From: an uncultured Streptobacillus sp.
GTDB taxonomy: Bacteria > Fusobacteriota > Fusobacteriia > Fusobacteriales > Leptotrichiaceae
Direction of reading: 5' to 3'
DNA: 64,000 bases
Assembly (NCBI GenBank): GCA_963526495.1
Contig: CAURNT010000001.1
Span: 4,398 to 68,397, forward strand
Below, one piece after another: positions 40,644-49,222 of the stretch. Numbering within the stretch: the stretch's first letter is position 1; every line of letters begins with the position of its first letter. A program made the translations under genes and the position numbers. The notes beneath the pieces are model-generated. The model was not told where the DNA came from. It did no database searches and saw nothing but the letters and a program-made list of their open reading frames with translations.

Positions 40644-42029
40644 TTATTTTAAATTTTCCTTAATTTGTTCTAACACATTCTTAGGATTATTTAATAAAGT
40701 TTCATATCTAAAGAATATAGTTCCTTTAACTTCTGGGTAAGATTCATTTAACTTTAATTGTTTAGTTGTTTCTTCACTATCTTCCCATTCATTAACCTTA
40801 TATGTCCCTTGCCCTACATATAGAGCAGTATTTGTTTCACGTGCTTTTTGAGACCACCATTTAACTAATTCTGAATAATCGGCTTTACTATGTCCTATTT
40901 TCCAATATATTTGTGGAGCTATATAATCAACCCATCCTTCTTTCATCCATTCTATACTATCTGCATAAAGAGAATCATAAGACTGAAGTCCTTTAGTGTC
41001 AGAGCCTGTTAAATCATTATCCTTATTTCTCCAAATCCCAAACGGAGAAACTCCAAATGATATTCCTGGTTTGATTTTATGAACAGATACAGATAAATTC
41101 TTTATCATATTATTTACATTATCTCTTCTCCAGTCTGCTTTATTATCAAAATTTTTCCCATATATTTCATATTCTTTATCATCTACATTTTCAGGTAAAC
41201 TTGAAGTAGCTGATGGATATGGATAGAAATAATCATCTAAATGTAATCCATCTATATCATATTTACTAACTATATATTCTATTTCTTTTGAAACATATTT
41301 AACTACTTCTGGACTACCAGGATTCATATAAAATTTATTATCATAAGTAAATATCCATTCAGGATGTTTTTTTACTACACTTTTACTTGATAATTTATCT
41401 AAGTCTAAACTCATTGATGATCTATATGGATTTATCCAAGCATGTAATTCAATCCCTCTACTATGTGCTGCTTCTATTGCATATTCTAAAGGATCAAATC
41501 CAGGATATTTATCTTGAGTTCCTGTTAAATATATAGACCAAGGTTCATTTTCTGATAAATAGAAAGCATCTGCTGTAGGTCTAACGTGAAAAAATACAGC
41601 ATTTAATCCCCAAGATTTAACATTATCCATTATTGTATCTATTTCTTTTTTTTGAGATTCTGCACTTGAAGTGTGTGGAAAATCAAGTCTTGCCACAGTT
41701 GCCACCCAAACACCTTTTAAATTATTGTTTAATACTCTTTGATTTCTATCAAATACATTTGTTTTTAAATTTTCATTTGATAAAATTTCTTCATTATCAA
41801 TTTTTGAAGTTTCTTCATTTATTTTATGTATATCTTTAACTTCTAATTTTTTTTCTTTTTCTAAATCTTCTATTTTAATTAGTGTTATTTCACCTTCTTT
41901 TTTTGTTTCATCAAAATTCAATTCATATTTAGGATTATATTCTTTGTATAAGTCTTTCTTAGTTTCTTCTGTTGTTGAACATGAAATTAAAAAAGCAACT
42001 GAAACTAACCCAAAAATTATTTTTTTCAT
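40644..42029 (-). CDS. YddW/DigH-like (GHL10) glycosyl-hydrolase-fold lipoprotein
   Basis: 461 aa. Lipobox [17 protein letters not shown] followed by a TIM-barrel-like pattern typical of this family. Confidence 0.65.
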   Translation of the reverse strand: MKKIIFGLVSVAFLISCSTTEETKKDLYKEYNPKYELNFDETKKEGEITLIKIEDLEKEKKLEVKDIHKINEETSKIDNEEILSNENLKTNVFDRNQRVLNNNLKGVWVATVARLDFPHTSSAESQKKEIDTIMDNVKSWGLNAVFFHVRPTADAFYLSENEPWSIYLTGTQDKYPGFDPLEYAIEAAHSRGIELHAWINPYRSSMSLDLDKLSSKSVVKKHPEWIFTYDNKFYMNPGSPEVVKYVSKEIEYIVSKYDIDGLHLDDYFYPYPSATSSLPENVDDKEYEIYGKNFDNKADWRRDNVNNMIKNLSVSVHKIKPGISFGVSPFGIWRNKDNDLTGSDTKGLQSYDSLYADSIEWMKEGWVDYIAPQIYWKIGHSKADYSELVKWWSQKARETNTALYVGQGTYKVNEWEDSEETTKQLKLNESYPEVKGTIFFRYETLLNNPKNVLEQIKENLK

Positions 42030-42037
42030 TTTCCCTC

Positions 42038-42673
42038 CTATTTTTTTACTAATCCTACTCCATCTCCATAAGGTAATAATACAAAATCCGTATTATCATT
42101 CAAATACTTTATAAAGCTTTTTAAATTATTTATTATAGTTTTATACCTCTTAGGTATTTCTATTTCTGCAACGTATCCTCTAAACATAATGTTATCTATA
42201 AAAATTAGACCACCATCATTTAACATTTTATACGAATATTCAAAAAATTCTCTGTATTTTGACTTAGATGCATCTATGAATATGAAATCATATTTATTCC
42301 CTTCAAGTTTAGGTAACTCAACTAATGCATCCCCTTTAATAGAGTTTACATAATTATTTAAATTAAATTTTTCAAAATTTAATCTTGATTTTTCATATCT
42401 ATCATCATCTATTTCTATAGTTGTTAATTTCCCATTATTACTTTTAGCAATTTGAGCTAAAAATATTCCTGAATAACCAACAGCCGTTCCAATTTCTAAT
42501 ATATTCTGTGCTTTTATACTACTTGCCATAAATATCATAAATTTTAAAACATCTCTTGTAATTATAGGGACATTTTCATCTATTGAATTTTTTTCTAATT
42601 TCAAAATTTCTTCATTATCAAATTTAACTAAATCTTGTACAAATTTAGTAGAATTTAAAAAATTTTCTATCAT
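42038..42673 (-). CDS. Class I SAM-dependent O-methyltransferase (family 3, YrrM/TrmR-like)
   Basis: 211 aa. Contains ILEIGTAVGYSGI (SAM motif I) and FIFIDASK. Confidence 0.8.
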   Translation of the reverse strand: MIENFLNSTKFVQDLVKFDNEEILKLEKNSIDENVPIITRDVLKFMIFMASSIKAQNILEIGTAVGYSGIFLAQIAKSNNGKLTTIEIDDDRYEKSRLNFEKFNLNNYVNSIKGDALVELPKLEGNKYDFIFIDASKSKYREFFEYSYKMLNDGGLIFIDNIMFRGYVAEIEIPKRYKTIINNLKSFIKYLNDNTDFVLLPYGDGVGLVKK

Positions 42674-42933
42674 TTTTACCTCTCAATCGTACTATTATTT
42701 TAACATATTTCAAAAACTACTTCAATAGATGGTTGGGAAGTAATAAGTATTTATTTTAGGTTATTTAGTACATTAAATCTTAATATTAGTGATTACACTT
42801 TTAAACATCTTTATATAATTTATAAAATTTCTACATCAACAATAAATCCAAACCAATTAGTTATTTTAATATCATTACCTATCAACTTGATTAACTACTT
42901 TTTTACTTTTTTAATCTTCAATTACAAATAATT

Positions 42934-42981
42934 AAAAAATGTAGCTTCAAACTTTTAATTATATATATTCGTCGCTACATT
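42934..42981 (-). terminator. Possible terminator 3' of the adhesin pair
   Basis: 8-bp stem aatgtagc (42938-42945) / gctacatt (42974-42981) followed by a U-run on the minus transcript. The loop is long (28 nt). Confidence 0.3.
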
Positions 42982-43004
42982 ATTTTATAATTTTATTTTA
43001 ATTT

Positions 43005-44915
43005 TTAATCAACATTTAGTCTTTTTACTAAATCTTCTAAATTTTGAAGTTTTTTAGTTAAATTTTCAATTTCTAAATCATCATTACTATAACTTATACC
43101 AAATTGATAAGATAATCCTAAACCAACTGAAAATTGAACTTTAGTGTTAATTGAACTATTTAGTCTAGCAATTACATTTCCATTAGGATCTCCACCACTT
43201 ACACCTAAAGCAAAAGCGTGTTCTCTACCATACATTCCATATCCAAATGAAATATTTAAAAGTCTATCATCACTAATATTAACTTGTGGTAAACTTGAAA
43301 TTGCAATAGCACTTGCTATACCAGCATTAGCTTTAATACTTTTTTCATTTATATTATTAAATACTTGTAATTTTTCATTTGGTTTTGTTAAATCAATAGT
43401 CTTTAATTTTTCATCTATCAATTCTTTAGATTTGCTATCTGTTAAAAGTCCTTTTTCTTCTAATTTTTTAGTATAAGCATCAACTTCTATATTACTTCCA
43501 TCTTTTTTTTCTAAATTAGTTAATCTATTATCAATTTCAGAACTTTTTATGTAACTATTTTCAAGTATTTCTTTTATATTTCTATCTGTTATTAATTTAT
43601 TTCCTTCTTTTCCTAAACTTAATACTTTAATATACTTATCTACATCTATATTATCTCCAGAAATGTTAGATTTATTATCAATTTTTTCTTCTATTTCATT
43701 TTTGTTATATAATGTTGTCAAACTATCTTGAAATTTTTTATCACTAATTAAATTAGATTTTGATAATACTTCCCTATATTCCCCAGTATTAATATTACTA
43801 GAATCTGTTTCTGCTAATTCCTTATTATCTAATATATTACTTAAAAACTCTTTTGTAACATTACTTTTTAATAATGATACATCTTTTAATTTATCATACT
43901 CTCCCTTTTCTAATAAGCCAGAATAATCTTGATTAGATGTTCTATTATTTATTAATTCATCAATTTTATTTTTACTATATATATTATCTCCACTATTTAT
44001 ATAATTATATAATATTTTACCACTTATTAAATAATTAGAAGTTGAGGAAATATTATCTGTAGTTAATAATTTTAGTGCTTGATTTTTTAAAGTTTCATCA
44101 TCACTATTTGATAAATCTTTAAATAAATATGAACTAAAATCATTATCAGTATTTTTGTTATATAATATATCTTTAAATTGTTTTAGAGTTATAGCATCAC
44201 TTTCATTTAAAGCTCTCTCAACATTTACTATACGTCTAAGGTGATTACTATTCCCAATTGACAATGAATTATATACTGCTTCAGAGTTATTCCCAAGAAC
44301 AATAGTATATGATTTTGTTTCATCTATTCTTACATTACTACCGAATACATAATTAAACCACATACCTTTAGGATATTTATGATTATTTACTTCATAAGTA
44401 TAATCTTTTTTCCCATACCAATCTTCTCCATACCAATTATTTGTTCCAAAATTAAATGAATCATATCCAGCCATATAATTACTATCACCTATGGTATATG
44501 TTGGATACTTATTATAGAAACTAAAACTTTTATTATTTTTACCTAATACAAATGAATTATCACCTTTTACACTATTATCTTCACCCATACCTATAGAATA
44601 TGCTGAACCATCTGTCATACCATTACCTATAGCTATAGCTCCTTCATGTTGGGGATAATTTACAAACCCTATAGATACATTATTCCCACCAATATCTGGT
44701 CTATTTGTTATACCTATAGCTACCGAATTATCATTACCTGTACTATTCTCATTTCCTATTGTAACAGAACTATTTTTTCTTATAGTATTATTGTTTCCTA
44801 TAACAACATTATTATCTCCTGTTATTGTATTAGGATTACCTTTAATAATATTATTTTCTCCACTAAAAGATAGATTAAATAAAATTAGTGATATTAAAAT
44901 TAAATATTTTTTCAT
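43005..44915 (-). CDS. YadA-like trimeric autotransporter adhesin (paralog 1)
   Basis: 636 aa. Signal peptide, repeated head motifs (NNVVIGNNN, SVTIGNEN, NSVAIG), neck-like SIGNSNHLRRIVNV, and an anchor AIAISSLPQV...AFALGVSG...LGLSYQF followed by a 31-aa tail. Confidence 0.88.
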   Translation of the reverse strand: MKKYLILISLILFNLSFSGENNIIKGNPNTITGDNNVVIGNNNTIRKNSSVTIGNENSTGNDNSVAIGITNRPDIGGNNVSIGFVNYPQHEGAIAIGNGMTDGSAYSIGMGEDNSVKGDNSFVLGKNNKSFSFYNKYPTYTIGDSNYMAGYDSFNFGTNNWYGEDWYGKKDYTYEVNNHKYPKGMWFNYVFGSNVRIDETKSYTIVLGNNSEAVYNSLSIGNSNHLRRIVNVERALNESDAITLKQFKDILYNKNTDNDFSSYLFKDLSNSDDETLKNQALKLLTTDNISSTSNYLISGKILYNYINSGDNIYSKNKIDELINNRTSNQDYSGLLEKGEYDKLKDVSLLKSNVTKEFLSNILDNKELAETDSSNINTGEYREVLSKSNLISDKKFQDSLTTLYNKNEIEEKIDNKSNISGDNIDVDKYIKVLSLGKEGNKLITDRNIKEILENSYIKSSEIDNRLTNLEKKDGSNIEVDAYTKKLEEKGLLTDSKSKELIDEKLKTIDLTKPNEKLQVFNNINEKSIKANAGIASAIAISSLPQVNISDDRLLNISFGYGMYGREHAFALGVSGGDPNGNVIARLNSSINTKVQFSVGLGLSYQFGISYSNDDLEIENLTKKLQNLEDLVKRLNVD

Positions 44916-44924
44916 AATAGCCCC

Positions 44925-46865
44925 CTATTTAATTTTTCTCTTTATTAAATTTTCTAGTTCTGCTATTTTCTTATTTAATTCATCTATTTTACTGTTTCTA
45001 TTATTAACTTTAACATTAGGAATTGCAAATTGATATGCACCACCTACACCTATACCAAAGCCTGCTTTTGTATTAATTGATGTATTTACCTTATATACAA
45101 AACTACCACTAGGTTCTGTACCACTAATTCCAAGTGCAAAAGCATGCTCTCCTGAATACATACCATAACTTACTCCAATATTAAATAATTGATTATTTGT
45201 AGTATTTATTTGCGTTAAACTTCCTACAGCTATAGCATTTGCAACACCTGATATAGCTTTTTCTGATTCTTGATTAGCTTTAGTCAACTTTTCTTCTAAA
45301 GAAGATATTCCTATTTTAGAAAACCTATCTTCTAAATATGACTTTAATTTAGTATCAGTTATCAATCTATTTTGAGGATTGTTTAAATCACTACTATCAC
45401 TTAATTTTTTAACATATTTATCAACTTCAATATTACTTCCATCTTTTTTAGAATATTGAGATAATTTTTCTTCTAATTTTGTATTATTAGTATAATTAGA
45501 AGTTAAATATTCATTAATTTTTGTATCAGTTACTAAAGCCCCAGTTGGATTTAAAATATTAGACCCATTACTCAATTTTTTAACATATTCAATAACATTT
45601 ATATTTTTAGCATCTTTGTCTGCTTTTAACTCAAGCTTTCCATCAACAATATTTTTATTTAAATAATTCTCAGTTAAATATTTATTAACTATTTTATCTG
45701 TAACAAAAGAACCTTTAGGAGTTTGTATGTTAGCACCTTCACTTAGTTTTTCAACATATTTATCTACCTCTATATTACTTGCATCCGTAAAACTAACTTC
45801 TTTATTTCCTAATTTATCTAATATATATTTTTTATTTAGTTCCGATTTATTTAAAACTTCATTTTTAAAATTATCAAAATCACTTTTATTTACAAAATTA
45901 CTTGTATCAACATTTCCTGAATTATTAGATATATTTTGAATTTTTGTATCTATTTCAGCTTTAGTGTATGTATAATTAGATATGTACTCATAAGCTGTTT
46001 TACCTGTAATAAAGTTAGTATCACTAGCTGTAATTGTTCCCTTATTTAAAATATTTAATAATTTTTCTTTAGCTTTTACTTCATCAATATTAGAAAAATC
46101 TTTTTTTAAATATTGACTTAAATCTACTTCATTATTAGAAGCCATAGTTTCAGTTGTATTTTTATTATTTTTAATTAAAGTTTTTGCTTGACCTAATGTT
46201 ATTACATCACTATCATTTTGTGCTTCTGCAACATTTACTATTCTTCTTTTAGTTGTTGAATTTCCAATAGATAGGGCATTACTTACAGCTTCACTTCTAC
46301 TTCCTAATACTATAGCATCCGTTACACCATTATTAACTGTTACATCACTACCAAAAATATATACATCTCTAGAAATTTCATTTTCAAAAATATTTCTACT
46401 TCCAAATACAAAATTAGAGTTTCCTTTTACATTATTTTTCTCACCAATTACATAATTTTTTTCACCTGAAATATTATTTTCTCTACCACTAACTACCGAA
46501 TGATTACCTTGATTAATATTTCCATAACCAAAACTAATTGAATATCCATTAGTTATATTCTTCGTACCAAAAGCTATTGATTCTTGTCCTGTAGATTTAT
46601 TTTCAAGACCTATAGCAATACTTGTAGAACCTAGTGCCTTATTTTTTTTACCTATAGCAATTGAATTACTCGTATTAGTTTCATTTTCTATTCCTATACT
46701 AACTGATTTTTCGCCAACTGCTTTATTATTATTCCCTACTGCAACGGTATCATTTCCATTTGCAACATTATCAATACCATCTGCTATTGCATTATTACCT
46801 TCTTTACTATTTTCAGCTAATAATATTAAAGAGACAATTGATAAAACTAAAAATATTTTTTTCAT
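44925..46865 (-). CDS. YadA-like trimeric autotransporter adhesin (paralog 2)
   Basis: 646 aa. Signal peptide, head motifs (DTVAVGNNN, KSVSIG, NSIAIG, TSIAIG), SIGNSTTKRRIVNV, and an anchor AFALGISG...GVGGAYQF followed by a 33-aa tail. It lies 9 nt upstream of paralog 1. Confidence 0.88.
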   Translation of the reverse strand: MKKIFLVLSIVSLILLAENSKEGNNAIADGIDNVANGNDTVAVGNNNKAVGEKSVSIGIENETNTSNSIAIGKKNKALGSTSIAIGLENKSTGQESIAFGTKNITNGYSISFGYGNINQGNHSVVSGRENNISGEKNYVIGEKNNVKGNSNFVFGSRNIFENEISRDVYIFGSDVTVNNGVTDAIVLGSRSEAVSNALSIGNSTTKRRIVNVAEAQNDSDVITLGQAKTLIKNNKNTTETMASNNEVDLSQYLKKDFSNIDEVKAKEKLLNILNKGTITASDTNFITGKTAYEYISNYTYTKAEIDTKIQNISNNSGNVDTSNFVNKSDFDNFKNEVLNKSELNKKYILDKLGNKEVSFTDASNIEVDKYVEKLSEGANIQTPKGSFVTDKIVNKYLTENYLNKNIVDGKLELKADKDAKNINVIEYVKKLSNGSNILNPTGALVTDTKINEYLTSNYTNNTKLEEKLSQYSKKDGSNIEVDKYVKKLSDSSDLNNPQNRLITDTKLKSYLEDRFSKIGISSLEEKLTKANQESEKAISGVANAIAVGSLTQINTTNNQLFNIGVSYGMYSGEHAFALGISGTEPSGSFVYKVNTSINTKAGFGIGVGGAYQFAIPNVKVNNRNSKIDELNKKIAELENLIKRKIK

Positions 46866-46885
46866 AATAACTCCTTCTTTATTGT

Positions 46886-46914
46886 AATAAAAAGAGGCAT
46901 ATTTCTATACCCCT
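46886..46914 (-). terminator. Terminator-like hairpin (GAAA loop) between trxB and the adhesin operon
   Basis: Minus-strand RNA AGGGGUAUA-GAAA-UAUGCCUCU has 9 bp including 2 G-U pairs and is followed by UUUUAUU. On the plus strand the same positions are A-C mismatches. Confidence 0.5.
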
Positions 46915-46923
46915 AATTATGTT

Positions 46924-46952
46924 ATAATATTTTTTTATAGATTTTATGTAAA
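46924..46952 (-). promoter_or_regulatory. Candidate promoter of the adhesin operon
   Basis: Minus strand: TTTACA (46952-46947), 17 nt spacer, TATTAT (46929-46924). Confidence 0.35.
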
Positions 46953-47049
46953 TTTCAAATCTTAATTTATTAGGTTTATATATACGTATTAATTATAAGT
47001 CTATTATCCTTTTATTTAATTTCTCTATATACTTCATTAATAAATTTCT

Positions 47050-47997
47050 TTAATATTCTTTTATTAAATATTCATAAGCAGAAAGAGCAGCTTTTGCACC
47101 TTCTCCCATTGCTATTATAACTTGTTTATATCTAACATCTGTACAATCTCCAGCTGCAAATATACCTTCAACTGATGTTTTATTTACTGAATCAATTTTA
47201 ATTTCACTATTTGTATTTATATCTAATATATCACTTACAAACGATGTATTTGCAACTGTACCTATTTCAACAAATATTCCATCTGTCTTAATTTCTTCAA
47301 CAACATTGCTATCTCTATTTAATATTTTCAATCCTTCAGCAAAAAGATTACCTGTTACACTTTGAGCTGCACTTGAAGTAAGAATTTTTACATTTTCTAA
47401 ACTACTTAGTTTATTTTTTAAAACTTCATCAGCATTAATAGTAGAGCTATATTCAACCAAAGTAATAGTTTTAGCAATATTTGAAAGATCTATTGCTGCT
47501 TCTACTCCTGAATTCCCTCCTCCGATTATAACAACATCCTTATTTCTATAAAAAGGTCCATCACAAGTAGCGCAATAATGTACTCCTTTACCTGCATACT
47601 TGTCTTCTCCTTCTATTCCAAGTTTTTTCCATATAGCACCTGTAGCAACTATAACAGTTTTTGATTTAACTTCTAATTCATCATCTAAAATTAAAACATT
47701 ATCTTTAGACTCTTTAATAACTTTTTTAACTTTATGTCCTTTATAAAAAGCTATTTCATATTCATTTAAGTGTTTTTCAAGACTTTGTGAAAAATCAAAT
47801 CCATTTGTAAGTGGAGTTCCGATAATATTTTCTATATCGTTTGTATTTATCAATTGTCCTCCTACTAAATCACCTATCATTGCAACTTTTAAACCTTTTC
47901 TAGCACCATAAATAGCTGCTGAAACTGCAGCAGGTCCTGCACCAATAACTGCTATATCATATTTAATATTTACATCTAATTTTAATAGTTTACTCAT
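47050..47997 (-). CDS. trxB: Thioredoxin-disulfide reductase
   Basis: 315 aa. Contains GAGPAA (FAD), CATCDG redox centre, GGGNSGVEAA (NADPH) and GDCTD. Confidence 0.93.
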   Translation of the reverse strand: MSKLLKLDVNIKYDIAVIGAGPAAVSAAIYGARKGLKVAMIGDLVGGQLINTNDIENIIGTPLTNGFDFSQSLEKHLNEYEIAFYKGHKVKKVIKESKDNVLILDDELEVKSKTVIVATGAIWKKLGIEGEDKYAGKGVHYCATCDGPFYRNKDVVIIGGGNSGVEAAIDLSNIAKTITLVEYSSTINADEVLKNKLSSLENVKILTSSAAQSVTGNLFAEGLKILNRDSNVVEEIKTDGIFVEIGTVANTSFVSDILDINTNSEIKIDSVNKTSVEGIFAAGDCTDVRYKQVIIAMGEGAKAALSAYEYLIKEY

Positions 47998-48006
47998 TTC
48001 TACCTC

Positions 48007-49212
48007 TTATTTAAATAATTTTACTATTTTTTTCTTACCACAACGTAATATCATTTCATCTTTAATTTCTACATCAACTTTAATATCATTAATTGCTTCA
48101 TCATTAATTTTAACTGCATTTTGCTCTATTAATCTTCTACCTTCACTATTTGTTTTAATAAATCCTACCTTAGTTAATAATTCAAGTATATTTATATTTT
48201 CTACACCAACATTAAATTCAGGTAATTCAACATTTAGATTTTTATTACTAAATACATTTTCAAACCAAGATCTTGCATCAATAGCTGCTTCTTTACCATA
48301 ATATATTTCAACTAATTCCATTCCTAATCTTTTCTTAGCTTCCATAGGATGACCTTTTAGTATTTCTTTAACTTCAGCTAAATCAATATCTGTTATCATT
48401 TCATAATAATTTTTCATTAAATCATCAGATATAGACATTATTTTTCCAAACATATCATTAGGAGTATCTTTAATTGAAATATAGTTTCCTAGTGATTTAG
48501 ACATCTTTTCTATACCATCTAGACCAACTAGTATAGGCATTATCATACATACTTGTTGCTCTTGATTAAAGTTTTTTTGTAAATCTCTACCTCTTAATAA
48601 ATTAAATTTTTGTTCAGTTGCTCCAAGTTCTACATCAGCTTTTAATTCAACTGAATCATATCCCTGTAATATTGGATACATAAACTCTATTAAAGATACA
48701 GGTTGATTATTTGCAAGTCTTTTAGCAAAATCTTCTCTTTGTATCATTTGTGATACTGTAAACATAGATAAAAGTTTTAAAACTTCAGTTAAACTAAGAG
48801 TTTCAAGCCATTCATGATTATACACTACTTTCAACTTATCTAAATCAAGTATTATTGCAACTTGTTCTAAATATGTTTTTATGTTTTCTTGTATTGTTTC
48901 AAAAGATAACATTTTACGTGTTTCAGATTTACCAGTAGGATCTCCTATTCTAGCTGTGAATGTTCCTATTAAAAAATTAACTTCATGCCCTAATTCTTGA
49001 AATTGTTTTAATTTTCTTAAAGGAACTGCATGTCCTATATGTAATTCACTACCAGTTGGATCAATACCTAATTTAATTTTTAAAGGTTTATTTTCTTTAA
49101 TAGATTTTTCTAATTTATTCTTAAACTCTTTTTCATTTATTATTTCATCACAACCTCTTGATAAAATTTTATACTGTCTTTCTACCTCTTTTTGTATTTC
49201 TAATTCTGTCAT
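48007..49212 (-). CDS. tyrS: Tyrosine--tRNA ligase
   Basis: HIGH variant LHIGHAVP, KMSKSLGN and a C-terminal S4-like domain. I place the start at the ATG at 49212 (AGGAGG 6 nt upstream) rather than the ORF-track GTG at 49230. Confidence 0.92.
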   Translation of the reverse strand: MTELEIQKEVERQYKILSRGCDEIINEKEFKNKLEKSIKENKPLKIKLGIDPTGSELHIGHAVPLRKLKQFQELGHEVNFLIGTFTARIGDPTGKSETRKMLSFETIQENIKTYLEQVAIILDLDKLKVVYNHEWLETLSLTEVLKLLSMFTVSQMIQREDFAKRLANNQPVSLIEFMYPILQGYDSVELKADVELGATEQKFNLLRGRDLQKNFNQEQQVCMIMPILVGLDGIEKMSKSLGNYISIKDTPNDMFGKIMSISDDLMKNYYEMITDIDLAEVKEILKGHPMEAKKRLGMELVEIYYGKEAAIDARSWFENVFSNKNLNVELPEFNVGVENINILELLTKVGFIKTNSEGRRLIEQNAVKINDEAINDIKVDVEIKDEMILRCGKKKIVKLFK

Positions 49213-49222
49213 TTTTCTCCTC

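Noticed and set aside
43503-43510. Homopolymer tracts as phase-variation switches, for example A8 (coding strand) in adhesin paralog 1 and A9 at 31971-31979 in the L,D-transpeptidase gene
   Set aside because: Runs of 7-9 A/T occur throughout housekeeping genes in this window, so they are compositional and not specific to surface genes.
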